A stretch of DNA of 64,000 bases from an uncultured Alphaproteobacteria bacterium. Lineage in GTDB: Bacteria; Pseudomonadota; Alphaproteobacteria; Rhizobiales; Beijerinckiaceae. The stretch covers positions 43,971 to 107,970 of the forward strand of contig CAWCSA010000025.1 in the NCBI GenBank assembly GCA_963798015.1. Reading direction: 5' to 3'. Numbering within the stretch: the stretch's first letter is position 1; each line of letters starts with the position of its first letter. Both the position numbers and the translations under genes were made by a program. The notes beneath the pieces were generated by a model, which worked only from the letters and a program-made list of their open reading frames with translations, was not told the DNA's origin and ran no database searches. Positions 18,558-27,403 of the stretch are shown one piece after another.

Positions 18558-19936
18558 CAATTACCCACCCCCTTGCCATGAGCGTCGATCTCTGAATCCT
18601 TGGGTCGATGGACCGCACTGATTTGCAGCACCTGAGCAAAGAGCAATTGATCGAGTTGGTGCTCCAGCTTCAGCGACCCGATAAGAATTCGCGCACGTCG
18701 TCGAAGCCGCCCTCGACGGACAAAAAGGAAAAGCGCGAGAACTCTCGGCCCGGCGGGGCGAAGCTGGGGCATGAGCCGCACAACCGTCGGCTTGCGGACG
18801 ATCCCGATGAGTTTCGCGACCACACGCCGAGCGTATGCGAGCAATGCGGCGGAGCTTTCGCGTCGGACGCCGCGAGGGAATTGATCGGCGAATATGACGA
18901 AATCGAGATTCCGCCGGTCAAACCGTATGTCATCCGCCACCGGCGCTTCGCCTGTCGATGCGCACTTTGCGGCGTCGAGGCGAAAGCTCCGGCGCCCATC
19001 GTCGCGACGACCACGCCGTTTGGGCCGCGCATTCATGCGCTGGCGATTTATCTCAAGGGCTTCCAGGCTCTCTCCTATGAGCGGCTACGCGGCTTGTTCC
19101 GCGATGCTTTCGGGCTCGATGTGAGCGAGGGCGCGTTGATGAACATGTTCATCCGCTCGCATCCCCGGTTCGAGATCGAGGCCGAGAAGGCGAAGGCCAT
19201 TGTACGCGCCGCCCAGGTTGTCGCCAGCGATGAAACCGGCGTTCGGATCGAGGGCACAAACTCGTATCACTGGGTTTTCCATTGCAAGGACGCGGTCGTG
19301 CATAAGCCCGATTATTCCCGTGCCGCGCGGGTCGTGGACGAAATGATGGCGGGGCATAAGCCGACGGTTTGGATTTCGGATCGCTATTCGGCGCAGCAAA
19401 AGCACGGCGAGCGGCATCAAACTTGTCTTGCTCATCTGGCGCGCGACACGGCCTTCGCGCTGGAGCACGGCTCGGATGATTTGCCCTTCCGGTTTAAGCT
19501 TTGGCTTGGAAAAGCGTTCGGCCTGGCCAAGGCCATCGCCGACTTCGCCGCATCAACGCTGGCGAGGAAAAAGCGAGATCTGGAAAGACAGCTCGAAGTT
19601 CTTCTGGCCGCGTCAACCGGGTGCGATCTGGCGCGAGAGCTGCAAGCAAAAATCGGGCGCGCGCGAAACCAGCTTCTCACCTTTTGTGACTATCCCGGCG
19701 AGGTCGACGTCACCAACAACACCTCGGAGCGCAAACTCCGTCCCTGCGTGATCCAGCGAAAAATCACCAATGGATACCGCGCCATGTGGGCCGCCCAAGC
19801 GGAAGCGGACGTGAGAACAACCATCGATACCGCAAAGCTCAAGGGCGCGAACCCCTTCGCCGTGATCGTCCGCGCCCTGGCTTGACCACCGTCCGAACCG
19901 CGAACGCCCGCTTAAAAAATAGGGGCTGGGTAATTG
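18558..19936 (+). mobile_element. Single-ORF IS66-family insertion sequence (ISBst12-like organisation)
   Basis: Terminal inverted repeats caattacccaccccct (18558-18573) and aggggctgggtaattg (19921-19936) bracket one transposase ORF. Confidence 0.75.
18608..19885 (+). CDS. IS66-family transposase
   Basis: 425 aa. N-terminal coiled-coil LSKEQLIELVLQLQ, zinc-finger CEQCGG...CRCALCG, and a DDE-region resemblance to IS66 TnpC. Confidence 0.9.
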   Translation: MDRTDLQHLSKEQLIELVLQLQRPDKNSRTSSKPPSTDKKEKRENSRPGGAKLGHEPHNRRLADDPDEFRDHTPSVCEQCGGAFASDAARELIGEYDEIEIPPVKPYVIRHRRFACRCALCGVEAKAPAPIVATTTPFGPRIHALAIYLKGFQALSYERLRGLFRDAFGLDVSEGALMNMFIRSHPRFEIEAEKAKAIVRAAQVVASDETGVRIEGTNSYHWVFHCKDAVVHKPDYSRAARVVDEMMAGHKPTVWISDRYSAQQKHGERHQTCLAHLARDTAFALEHGSDDLPFRFKLWLGKAFGLAKAIADFAASTLARKKRDLERQLEVLLAASTGCDLARELQAKIGRARNQLLTFCDYPGEVDVTNNTSERKLRPCVIQRKITNGYRAMWAAQAEADVRTTIDTAKLKGANPFAVIVRALA

Positions 19937-20080
19937 TCGCCTAACTCCCATCAACACATTCCTGTGAGCAGGCAGACACAGAGTCGTGATCAGGTGAGCG
20001 CAGAGGCGCGATCAGGTGAAAACCGATTCGTGATCAATATTGGCGAACGATGGGTTATATCCACGGTCAGGTCGTTTGCT

Positions 20081-20120
20081 GAAGTCTCACCTTATTAAAA
20101 GAAGTCTCATCTTATTAAAG
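20081..20120. repeat. 2 x 20-nt direct repeat
   Basis: gaagtctcaccttattaaaa / gaagtctcatcttattaaag. Confidence 0.7.
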
Positions 20121-20438
20121 AATGCATTATGAATACTTATTTATAGCAAATTAGCGGCTGGATCTCCGCTTTCGCTATCCCCGCGAAATTCGCCCGCGAA
20201 ACAGGGACCTTCACAAGGCGCGCCGCCGCGAAAGTCCGCGCCCGCAAGCGCCGCCCGAAGCGGTAAAGCCGCCACTCACCAAGAACATGAAGCACGAACA
20301 AGATGGAACCGTGCCTCGCTGCCGTACCTCGCCAGCGATTAGAGATCCTTTGCGGACGGGTCTAGCTGGCGCTTCCGGCGGGACTTTCGCCCCGCGAATC
20401 AGCCCGCCGAAGACAGGAGAGCAATCGCGGAGCTTGTC

Positions 20439-20490
20439 CCAAGCCTTCGTTCCAAGCCTTCGTCCCAAGCCTTCGTCCCGAGCCTTCGTC
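20439..20490. repeat. 4 x 13-nt tandem repeat
   Basis: ccaagccttcgtt ccaagccttcgtc ccaagccttcgtc ccgagccttcgtc. Confidence 0.8.
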
Positions 20491-20961
20491 GTCGGCGAAT
20501 CAGGCCGGACTACGGTCGAATTTTGACCATCCGGTTGAGAAGTTGCGTGTCTCCCGCACATTCCGCGAGTTGGGCGCCGCGCCTTCGACAGTCATCGCGA
20601 TTGCCGTCAGGGATTCTCAACTTTTTACATAAAGCTCTGATAAGAATGAGCTAATTGATTGCGTCAGGCTGGCGGAAAGTCTCGTGACAATTATGCAACA
20701 TCGTCCGGGAAACGATGTCTGAAACCCAGTTTATGAAGAAAACTTATTGTGTCGAAATTTAGAGAAGCTATGGTGACCCAGGTGAGCGGGAGATTTCCCG
20801 ATCGCGGAGGTCGGCGGCTTTTGCAGGGGCAAGCGCCACGATCAGGAAGTCAAACGGGACCAGGGGGCTGACCATCTTCGGTGTCATTCGGTTCGCAAGC
20901 GGGCCGCGGAAATCGAAGGTGAGAAGAAAACCGACGCCCAATACGTAACTGGAGGTCACAA

Positions 20962-22627
20962 ATGACGCTCATCAAGAGCATTTTGCTAGGGTCGGGGGCA
21001 GCGCTAGTCGCCGTTGCCAGCGCCCAGGCGGCCGATCTTCCCACCCGGAAGGCGGCGCCGGTTGAATATGTTAGAGTTTGTAACGTCGGCGGCATCACTG
21101 GCTGGACATTGCCGGGCTCCGACACCTGCGTGAAGCTCTCGGGCTACATCACGGCGCAGACCGTTGGCGGCAACCTCAACACCCAGTACGCCTGGGGCAC
21201 TGTTGGAGAGGCCACCGCCGCCGCCGCAAGCAATCCCGCGACCCTCCCGTTCGCCACCAGCCCGGTTCTCGCTGAGCTCGGAGCGATCGACCCTCGCAAC
21301 ACCCAACGGGTTCTGCTCGCCGCCAGCGCCGCTCAAGGGAATTTGACCGCCAACCGCCCCGAGACTGGCTGGTCGACCCGGGCGAACCTGTCGCTCGACG
21401 TGGCCTCCAACACGGCCTATGGCCCCTTGCTCGGGCACATTGAGGTCCAGGGCGACGTCGGCAACGGGCTCGACTCGCTCCAGGGCGCCCCGACAAACAA
21501 TATTTTCTATGTCAACACCGCTTATCTTACCTGGGCGGGGATCACCGCCGGCAAGGCGGGATCGTTCTTCTCGTTCATAGGCGGCGGCGACAATTACGCC
21601 AACCTCTTCTCTCCCGACCGCAAGGGCTTCAACGAACCTCTGTTGTTGGCCTATACGGCTTCGTTCGGCGGCGGCTTCACGGCGACGATCTCGGCCGAAA
21701 TCCCCCGCCAGCGTAGGCGCCTCGGGCGGCGGCACCACGATTAACGGCGGGACAAGTTGCGCCGGCAACGGCGGCTGCGTCGACAATCCGGCCCTCATCG
21801 CCTTCGGCGGTCAGAAATGGCCGGACATCGTCGGCGCCTTGCATGTCAAGCAGGGCTGGGGCGAGGCTCAGGTCTCGGGCGTGGTCCACAACGTCAACGT
21901 CACCGCCAACGACGGCGTCACCAATTTCGATGGCGGCGTCGCAGGCGACGCCTGCGGCCCCGACGCATTGCCGGTTGCCTGCAACGGGACGCAGAACAAA
22001 ATCGGCTGGGCCGTTGACGCTGGCGTGAAGCTCAACCTGCAGGGGTGGGGCGGGATGTTCGCCGCTGGCGACGACTTGGTCGTGACCGGCGTCTACTCCC
22101 AGAGCGCGGTTTGGTACTCCGGCCTCCTTGATGGGATGTGGGGTGAGAACGGCCAGACCAACGGTAACGGCCAGGCGATGTTTCTCGCTGACGGGTTCTT
22201 CAACCCAGTCACGAACCAGTGGTCCACGCCGAGAGCATGGTCCGTATCGGCTCTGCTCGAGCACCACTGGACGCCGACCATCTATACCGATCTGGAAGGC
22301 TCGATCGGTGGTGTCGAATGGAGCAATCAGGGCGGCGGCTGCACCATTGCGTCACCAGGTTGCCTGATTGGTTCGGCCGCGCAGGGCGCATTGTCGCCCC
22401 GCGCGCTTAGCTGGATCCTCGGCGCGGATCTCGGCTGGAACCCGGTCACCAACCTCAACTTCGACCTCGAATTGATGTATCAGGGCACGACGCAGACGGC
22501 GCCGAGCGGATTCATCGGCACTGTTTACAACACCGGCGGTGCGAGCGGCGCGGTCTTCGTGCCCGGCGACTGGAGAGGCAACAGCGACGGTTTTGCTGGC
22601 CGTCTCCGCATCACACGTTACTTCTGA
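20962..22627 (+). pseudogene. Porin paralogue 2, reading frame broken by a 1-nt indel near 21698-21706
   Basis: The N-terminal 62 aa differ from porin 1 at 4 positions. Frame 1 stops at 21744 after ...FTATISAEIPRQRRR. The next frame reads SPASVGASGGGTTINGG...GGQKWPDIVGALHVKQGWGEAQVSG, collinear with porin 1 through to ...RLRITRYF. Confidence 0.85.
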
Positions 22628-22654
22628 TCGCATCCCGATCAGTTAAAACTGACA

Positions 22655-22685
22655 GCCCCGGGGCGAAAGCTCCGGGGTTTTTTTG
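22655..22685 (+). terminator. Rho-independent terminator of porin 2
   Basis: gccccggggc-gaaa-gctccggggt plus a T run. Near-identical to the porin 1 terminator, including the preceding aactgaca. Confidence 0.85.
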
Positions 22686-22918
22686 TTCAGACCGGGCGCC
22701 GGGACCGGATCCTGAACGCGCTCACATTAAAGCTTGCGCACGCGCCCGCCGCGGGGGATGATCGTGCGTGAGCCCGCGTTTTAAGCCCGAGAGCGGGAGC
22801 CGGCGAAGGCGAGCGAAGCGCCGACCTCCTCTTTCATTCACGCCGACCCGTCCTGGTTGAACCGCATAGGCGTCGCCATGATAAATCGGCGGCGCGGGGC
22901 GCGGATCGGCATTCAGCG

Positions 22919-25114
22919 ATGATGCGGCAGTACGAATTGGTGGAGCGGGTTCGCCGCTATAATCCTCACGCCGACGAGGATTTGCTGAACCGCGCCTATG
23001 TGTTCGCGATGAAGGCGCACGGTAGCCAGAAGCGCGCCTCCGGCGATCCTTATTTCTCCCATCCGCTCGAGGTGGCGGCCATTCTGACCGAGTTCAAGGT
23101 CGACGACGCCACCATCGCGACGGCGATGCTGCATGACACGATCGAAGACACGACGGTCACCCGCGAACAAGTCGACAAGGCGTTTGGCGAGGAGATCGGG
23201 GGGCTGGTCGACGGCCTGACGAAGCTCGGCCGGCTTGACTTCGTCACCAAGCATGCCGAGCAGGCGGAGAATTTCCGCAAGCTCCTGCTCGCCATCGCCG
23301 ATGACGCGCGCGTGCTCCTGATCAAGCTCGCCGACCGCCTGCACAATATGCGCACCCTCCAGTTCATGCCGGAGGCCAAGCGCGCCCGCATCGCCGAGGA
23401 CACGCTCGACATCTATGCTCCGCTTGCCGGCCGCATGGGCATGCAGAGCATGCGCAATGAACTGGAAGACCTGGCGTTCCGCTGCCTGATGCCGGACGCC
23501 TACAAACTCATCGTCACGCGGCTCGAGGCGATGAAGGACAAAAATGGCGCGATCATTGCCCGCATCGCAGCAGAACTCACCGACCAGTTCGCTAGGCGGG
23601 GCATCAAGGTTGAGGTGAAGGGCCGCCAGAAGCAGCCCTACTCGATCTGGCGCAAGATGGAGCGCCGCTCGATCGCCTTCGAGCAATTGTCCGACATCTA
23701 TGGCTTTCGTATTCTCGTCGATACGGTCGCCGACTGTTACGCCGCCGTCGGTGTCGCGCATACGACCTGGCCCAGCGTTCCGGGGCGCTTCAAGGACTAT
23801 ATCTCGACGCCGAAGCAGAACGACTATCGCTCGATCCACACGACTGTGATCGGGCCCGGCAGTCAGCGGGTCGAATTGCAGATTCGCACCCACGAGATGC
23901 ACGAAGTGGCGGAATACGGCATCGCCGCGCACGGCGTCTATAAAGATTTGGGGCTCAGCGCCGACGCGCTGGCGGTGGGCGAGAGCCGAGCCTATCGCGG
24001 ATTGAGGCAGACGATCGAGGCGCTCGCAAGCGACAACTCGGAAAAATTTCTCGAGCACACCAAGCTCGAGCTGTTTCACGACCAGGTGTTCTGCTTTACC
24101 CCCAAGGGCCGGCTGATCGCGCTGCCCCGCGGCGCGACCGCGATTGACTTCGCCTATGCGGTCCACACCGACGTCGGCAATTCCGCGGTCGGCGTGAAGA
24201 TCAATGGCCGGATCGCGCCGCTCATCTCGGAATTGCACAACGGCGACGAAGTACAGATCTCGCGCGCCGAGGGCGGCGCTCCTCCAGCGGCATGGGACAG
24301 CGTGGTGGTGACGGGGCGCGCCCGCGCCGCCATTCGCCGCGCGACACGCGAGGCGGCGAAGGCGCAGTTTGGCGGCCTTGGGCGCCAGATCGTCGAGCGG
24401 GCGTTCGAGCGCGCTGGCAAGAAGTTTGCGGAAGCGAAACTCAAGGCCGCGCTGTCGCGTCTGGCGCGCGCCTCGATCGACGATGTCTTCATCGGCGTGG
24501 GGCGCGGCGAGATTTTCTCCACCGACGTTGTGCGCGCCGTGTTTCCGAACTTCAAGGACGAGCGCAGGCTGGGCCCGGCCGTTCCGCAGAACGAGAGCGG
24601 CTGGTTCGGCTTGCCGAAAGCAGCCGACCTCGTGTTCCGTGTGCCAGGCGCATCGGACGCGGGCGACGCGCTGCCGTTGCGCGGCATCGGCCTCGATACG
24701 CCGGTCAGGTTCGCACCCAAAGGCGGAGCGGTGCCGGGCGAGCGCATCGTTGGCGTTCGCGAGGAAAGCGGCATTGTCATCTATCCGATCCATTCGCCGG
24801 CGCTGACCCAATTCGACGATCGGCCGGAGCTGTGGCTCGACGTGCGTTGGGACCTGGAGAACACGCCGTCGGCGATCTATTCGACCCAGATCGTGGTCAC
24901 GCTCCTGAACGAGCCCGGTGCGCTCGGCGTGATCGCCACGACCATCGGGGAATATGGCGCAAATATCGACGCCGTCGTGACCTCGCCCAGCGGCGCCGAC
25001 TTCCGGCGCTTCGTCATCGATCTTCAGGTGCGCGACATCCAGCATCTCAACGCGGTTCTGTCGCAACTTCGGGACAAGAGCGTCGTCCACAATGTCGAGC
25101 GCCTGAGCGGGTAG
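22919..25114 (+). CDS. spoT: Bifunctional (p)ppGpp synthetase/hydrolase (RelA/SpoT homologue)
   Basis: 731 aa. HD domain (HPLEVAAIL..MLHDTIEDT), synthetase core (YRSIHTTV), TGS and ACT regions. Confidence 0.95.
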   Translation: MMRQYELVERVRRYNPHADEDLLNRAYVFAMKAHGSQKRASGDPYFSHPLEVAAILTEFKVDDATIATAMLHDTIEDTTVTREQVDKAFGEEIGGLVDGLTKLGRLDFVTKHAEQAENFRKLLLAIADDARVLLIKLADRLHNMRTLQFMPEAKRARIAEDTLDIYAPLAGRMGMQSMRNELEDLAFRCLMPDAYKLIVTRLEAMKDKNGAIIARIAAELTDQFARRGIKVEVKGRQKQPYSIWRKMERRSIAFEQLSDIYGFRILVDTVADCYAAVGVAHTTWPSVPGRFKDYISTPKQNDYRSIHTTVIGPGSQRVELQIRTHEMHEVAEYGIAAHGVYKDLGLSADALAVGESRAYRGLRQTIEALASDNSEKFLEHTKLELFHDQVFCFTPKGRLIALPRGATAIDFAYAVHTDVGNSAVGVKINGRIAPLISELHNGDEVQISRAEGGAPPAAWDSVVVTGRARAAIRRATREAAKAQFGGLGRQIVERAFERAGKKFAEAKLKAALSRLARASIDDVFIGVGRGEIFSTDVVRAVFPNFKDERRLGPAVPQNESGWFGLPKAADLVFRVPGASDAGDALPLRGIGLDTPVRFAPKGGAVPGERIVGVREESGIVIYPIHSPALTQFDDRPELWLDVRWDLENTPSAIYSTQIVVTLLNEPGALGVIATTIGEYGANIDAVVTSPSGADFRRFVIDLQVRDIQHLNAVLSQLRDKSVVHNVERLSG

Positions 25115-25116
25115 GA

Positions 25117-25539
25117 ATGCCGCTCTATTTCGCCTATGGCTCCAACATGGGCGCCAACGCCATGGCCCGCCGCTGCCCGCGCTCTAAGGCGCTTGGGCTG
25201 GCGCGGCTCGAGCGGCATCGGCTGGCGGTAATGCGCGAGGGTTGGCTGACCGCCGTTCGCAATCCGTCCTCGGCCGTGCACGGCATATTGTGGGACTTGG
25301 CTCTGTCCGACATCCCCGCGCTCGATCGCCACGAGAGCCTGTCGCAAGGGCTCTACGTCAAGCTGACCCAGGCGGTCATCGCCGAGCGAGGGCCGAAACA
25401 GGCGGTTGTCTATTTCGGCGCCAATTCCGGGCCCGGCGCGGCGCGCCCCACCTATTTCGCTGAGGTCCTCGCCGCGGCGCGTTCATGGCCGCTTCCGGCG
25501 GAGGGCGTCGAGGCGTTGGAGAGACTGGCGAGGCGATAG
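25117..25539 (+). CDS. Gamma-glutamylcyclotransferase (AIG2/GGCT-like) family protein
   Basis: MPLYFAYGSNMGANAMARRCP is the family-defining YGSN motif. Starts 3 nt after the spoT stop. Confidence 0.8.
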   Translation: MPLYFAYGSNMGANAMARRCPRSKALGLARLERHRLAVMREGWLTAVRNPSSAVHGILWDLALSDIPALDRHESLSQGLYVKLTQAVIAERGPKQAVVYFGANSGPGAARPTYFAEVLAAARSWPLPAEGVEALERLARR

Positions 25540-25544
25540 GCGCT

Positions 25545-26235
25545 GCGGACTGTTAATCTTACCAAAGCAATTTTGACGGGTAGGCAGATCAACCTGAAAC
25601 TAATGAATTGTCCGCCGCACTGCGAATGCTGTGTCAACGAGTAACCCGTTCCCCGGATACTCTGCCGCAATTTTTGATGGCTCAGTGCCGCCAAGTCTTC
25701 TCGGTTGCCGCAATGCACAATGGCCTGAGATAGCAAATTCAATGCGCTCAGTGATCGCCGCTCGCCGGTCCATTCCGAAAGAACCGGAAGTATTTCCCTC
25801 ACGGAATGCCTGTCTTGATAAGTTCATCAATCCAATGGTCAACCCAGTTAAGGAGGGTCACGGCTAATCATCGAATCAAGCCTCGCGATGGCACGGTTAA
25901 GGGTTTCGCCCTCAATGCCGGGCCAGGCGCTCAGGTCATGCCAATTGAGTTCGATTTGGCGGCGGGTGATCATTTCCCTACCGAGCGCAGGTAAGGCGCT
26001 TTGGTAGACGACCGCCGGAGAATGCGCTCCTCTGCGGCCATGCGCACTATCGACGAGCTTATGAACTGACCGATTACCTCGCCCGGGTCGGGAGTTGTAT
26101 TCGGGTCGTGGAGAGCAATTAGCAGAGGATCGTTCCCTAGGATGTCAGGAGCCACTTTGGCGTGACAATATCGAACATCGCGCGATGGCTAAACGTCCCG
26201 GCGAAAGCCTTGACCCCTAAAGTTTTACCAGTCAT
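25545..26235 (-). pseudogene. Visibly lower-GC patch holding multi-frame fragments of an unidentified gene
   Basis: Minus-strand pieces follow each other in different frames: MTGKTLGVKAFAGTFSHRAMFDIVTPK / VAPDILGNDPLLIALHDP... / MITRRQIELNWHDLSAWPGIEGETLNRAIARLDSMISR / LNWVDHWIDELIKTGIP / REILPVLSEWTGERRSLSALNLLSQAIVHCGNRE... Confidence 0.3.
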
Positions 26236-26436
26236 GCGAGAATTGTGTCTCCGGCGAGAAATGCCTCAAAACCTTTCTCACCGAAGTTCTCAAATTAAGT
26301 GACTTTGAAAGACGATATTGTCAAGTAAAATGGATATTTTCAGCTTCGTGGACTCGCCTAATTCTTTGATTTTGCTCAATTCATATTGTCACTCCAAAAT
26401 GGCTCCTGACACCGAGACCGCCAAAGGCTCGCGTCC

Positions 26437-27399
26437 ATGACGAACAATCCGGCCTTTGACGTCGTCGCGTTTGGCGAACTGGTCATCGATCTTGTGCCGG
26501 CGCGAAGCGCGGAGGGGGAGTCCTGCTTCGCGCTCAAGCCCGGCGGGGCGCCGGGCAATGTCGCGGTCGGCGTTGCGCGGCTCGGCGGTCGCGTCGCTAT
26601 GCTCAGCAAGGTCGGCGACGACGCGTTTGGGCGGCTCCTGATCGACGCGCTCAAGGGCAATGGCGTGGACGTCGAGGGGGTCCTGACTGCGCGCGAGGGC
26701 AATACGTCGCTCGCGGTCGTGACGATCGACGCGGCGGGCGACCGGGGCTTCCTGCTTTATCGCAAGGGCTGCGCCGAATCGACCTATGCGCCCGAGGAGG
26801 TCGCGATAGACAGGATCGCGAAGGCGCGTATCCTTCACGCGGGGAGCCTGCTTTTGGGCGAGCCGCTTTGCGGCGCGGCCCAGCGCCGGGCCGTACGAGT
26901 CGCGCGCGATGCGGGCGCACTTATCTCGATCGACGTCAATCTTCGACCTTCGCTGTGGCCAAGCGCGGACGCGATGCGCGCGGTCGCGCTCGAAGCGGCG
27001 AATGAGGCCGACCTTCTCAAAATGAGCGTAGAGGAACTGGCCATCATGACTCAGACTTCTGATCTCGACGAGGGACTCGCGCGCCTTGGCGGATCCCGCA
27101 GGCGGCTGACGGCGGTGACTTTTGGCCCCGGCGGCGCGCTGCTCGTGTCGGGCGCCCTTCGTGCCCGCGCTTCCGGCTATGCAGTCAAGGTGGCCGACAC
27201 GGTCGGCTGCGGCGATGCCTTCATGGCGAGTCTGCTCGCCGACATCGCCGCGGGTCGCGCCGCCCTCGAATCGGAGGAGGGCCTTGCGCGGATCGTCCGG
27301 AGGGCCTGCGCCGCCGGCGCTCTCGTGGCGTCGCGACACGGGGCCATGGACGCTCTGCCAAGCACCGCCGAGCGCGACGCCTTCCTGGCGACGCGCTGA
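26437..27399 (+). CDS. PfkB-family carbohydrate kinase (fructokinase-like)
   Basis: 320 aa. FGELVIDLVP...GGAPGNVAVGVARLG and C-terminal DTVGCGDAF signature. Confidence 0.85.
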   Translation: MTNNPAFDVVAFGELVIDLVPARSAEGESCFALKPGGAPGNVAVGVARLGGRVAMLSKVGDDAFGRLLIDALKGNGVDVEGVLTAREGNTSLAVVTIDAAGDRGFLLYRKGCAESTYAPEEVAIDRIAKARILHAGSLLLGEPLCGAAQRRAVRVARDAGALISIDVNLRPSLWPSADAMRAVALEAANEADLLKMSVEELAIMTQTSDLDEGLARLGGSRRRLTAVTFGPGGALLVSGALRARASGYAVKVADTVGCGDAFMASLLADIAAGRAALESEEGLARIVRRACAAGALVASRHGAMDALPSTAERDAFLATR

Positions 27400-27403
27400 A
27401 GCC

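Noticed and set aside
20439-20490. Possible CRISPR array (also considered for 17227-17283 and 19985-20041)
   Set aside because: The units are 10-22 nt with no unique spacers of CRISPR size, only 3-4 units are present, and no cas genes occur in the window.
20211-20561. 116-aa (minus) and 79-aa (plus, 20287-20526) ORFs between the IS and porin 2
   Set aside because: They span the 13-nt tandem repeat, have no RBS or family resemblance, and overlap each other on opposite strands.
22913-25090. 725-aa ORF on the minus strand
   Set aside because: It lies exactly antisense to the unmistakable RelA/SpoT gene. Its Arg/Ala/Gly-rich composition with no recognisable motifs is typical of a shadow ORF in high-GC DNA.
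24292-25116. 275-codon extension upstream of the GGCT-like gene
   Set aside because: It lies out of frame inside spoT. The GGCT family protein starts at MPLYFAYGSN (25117), right after the spoT stop.
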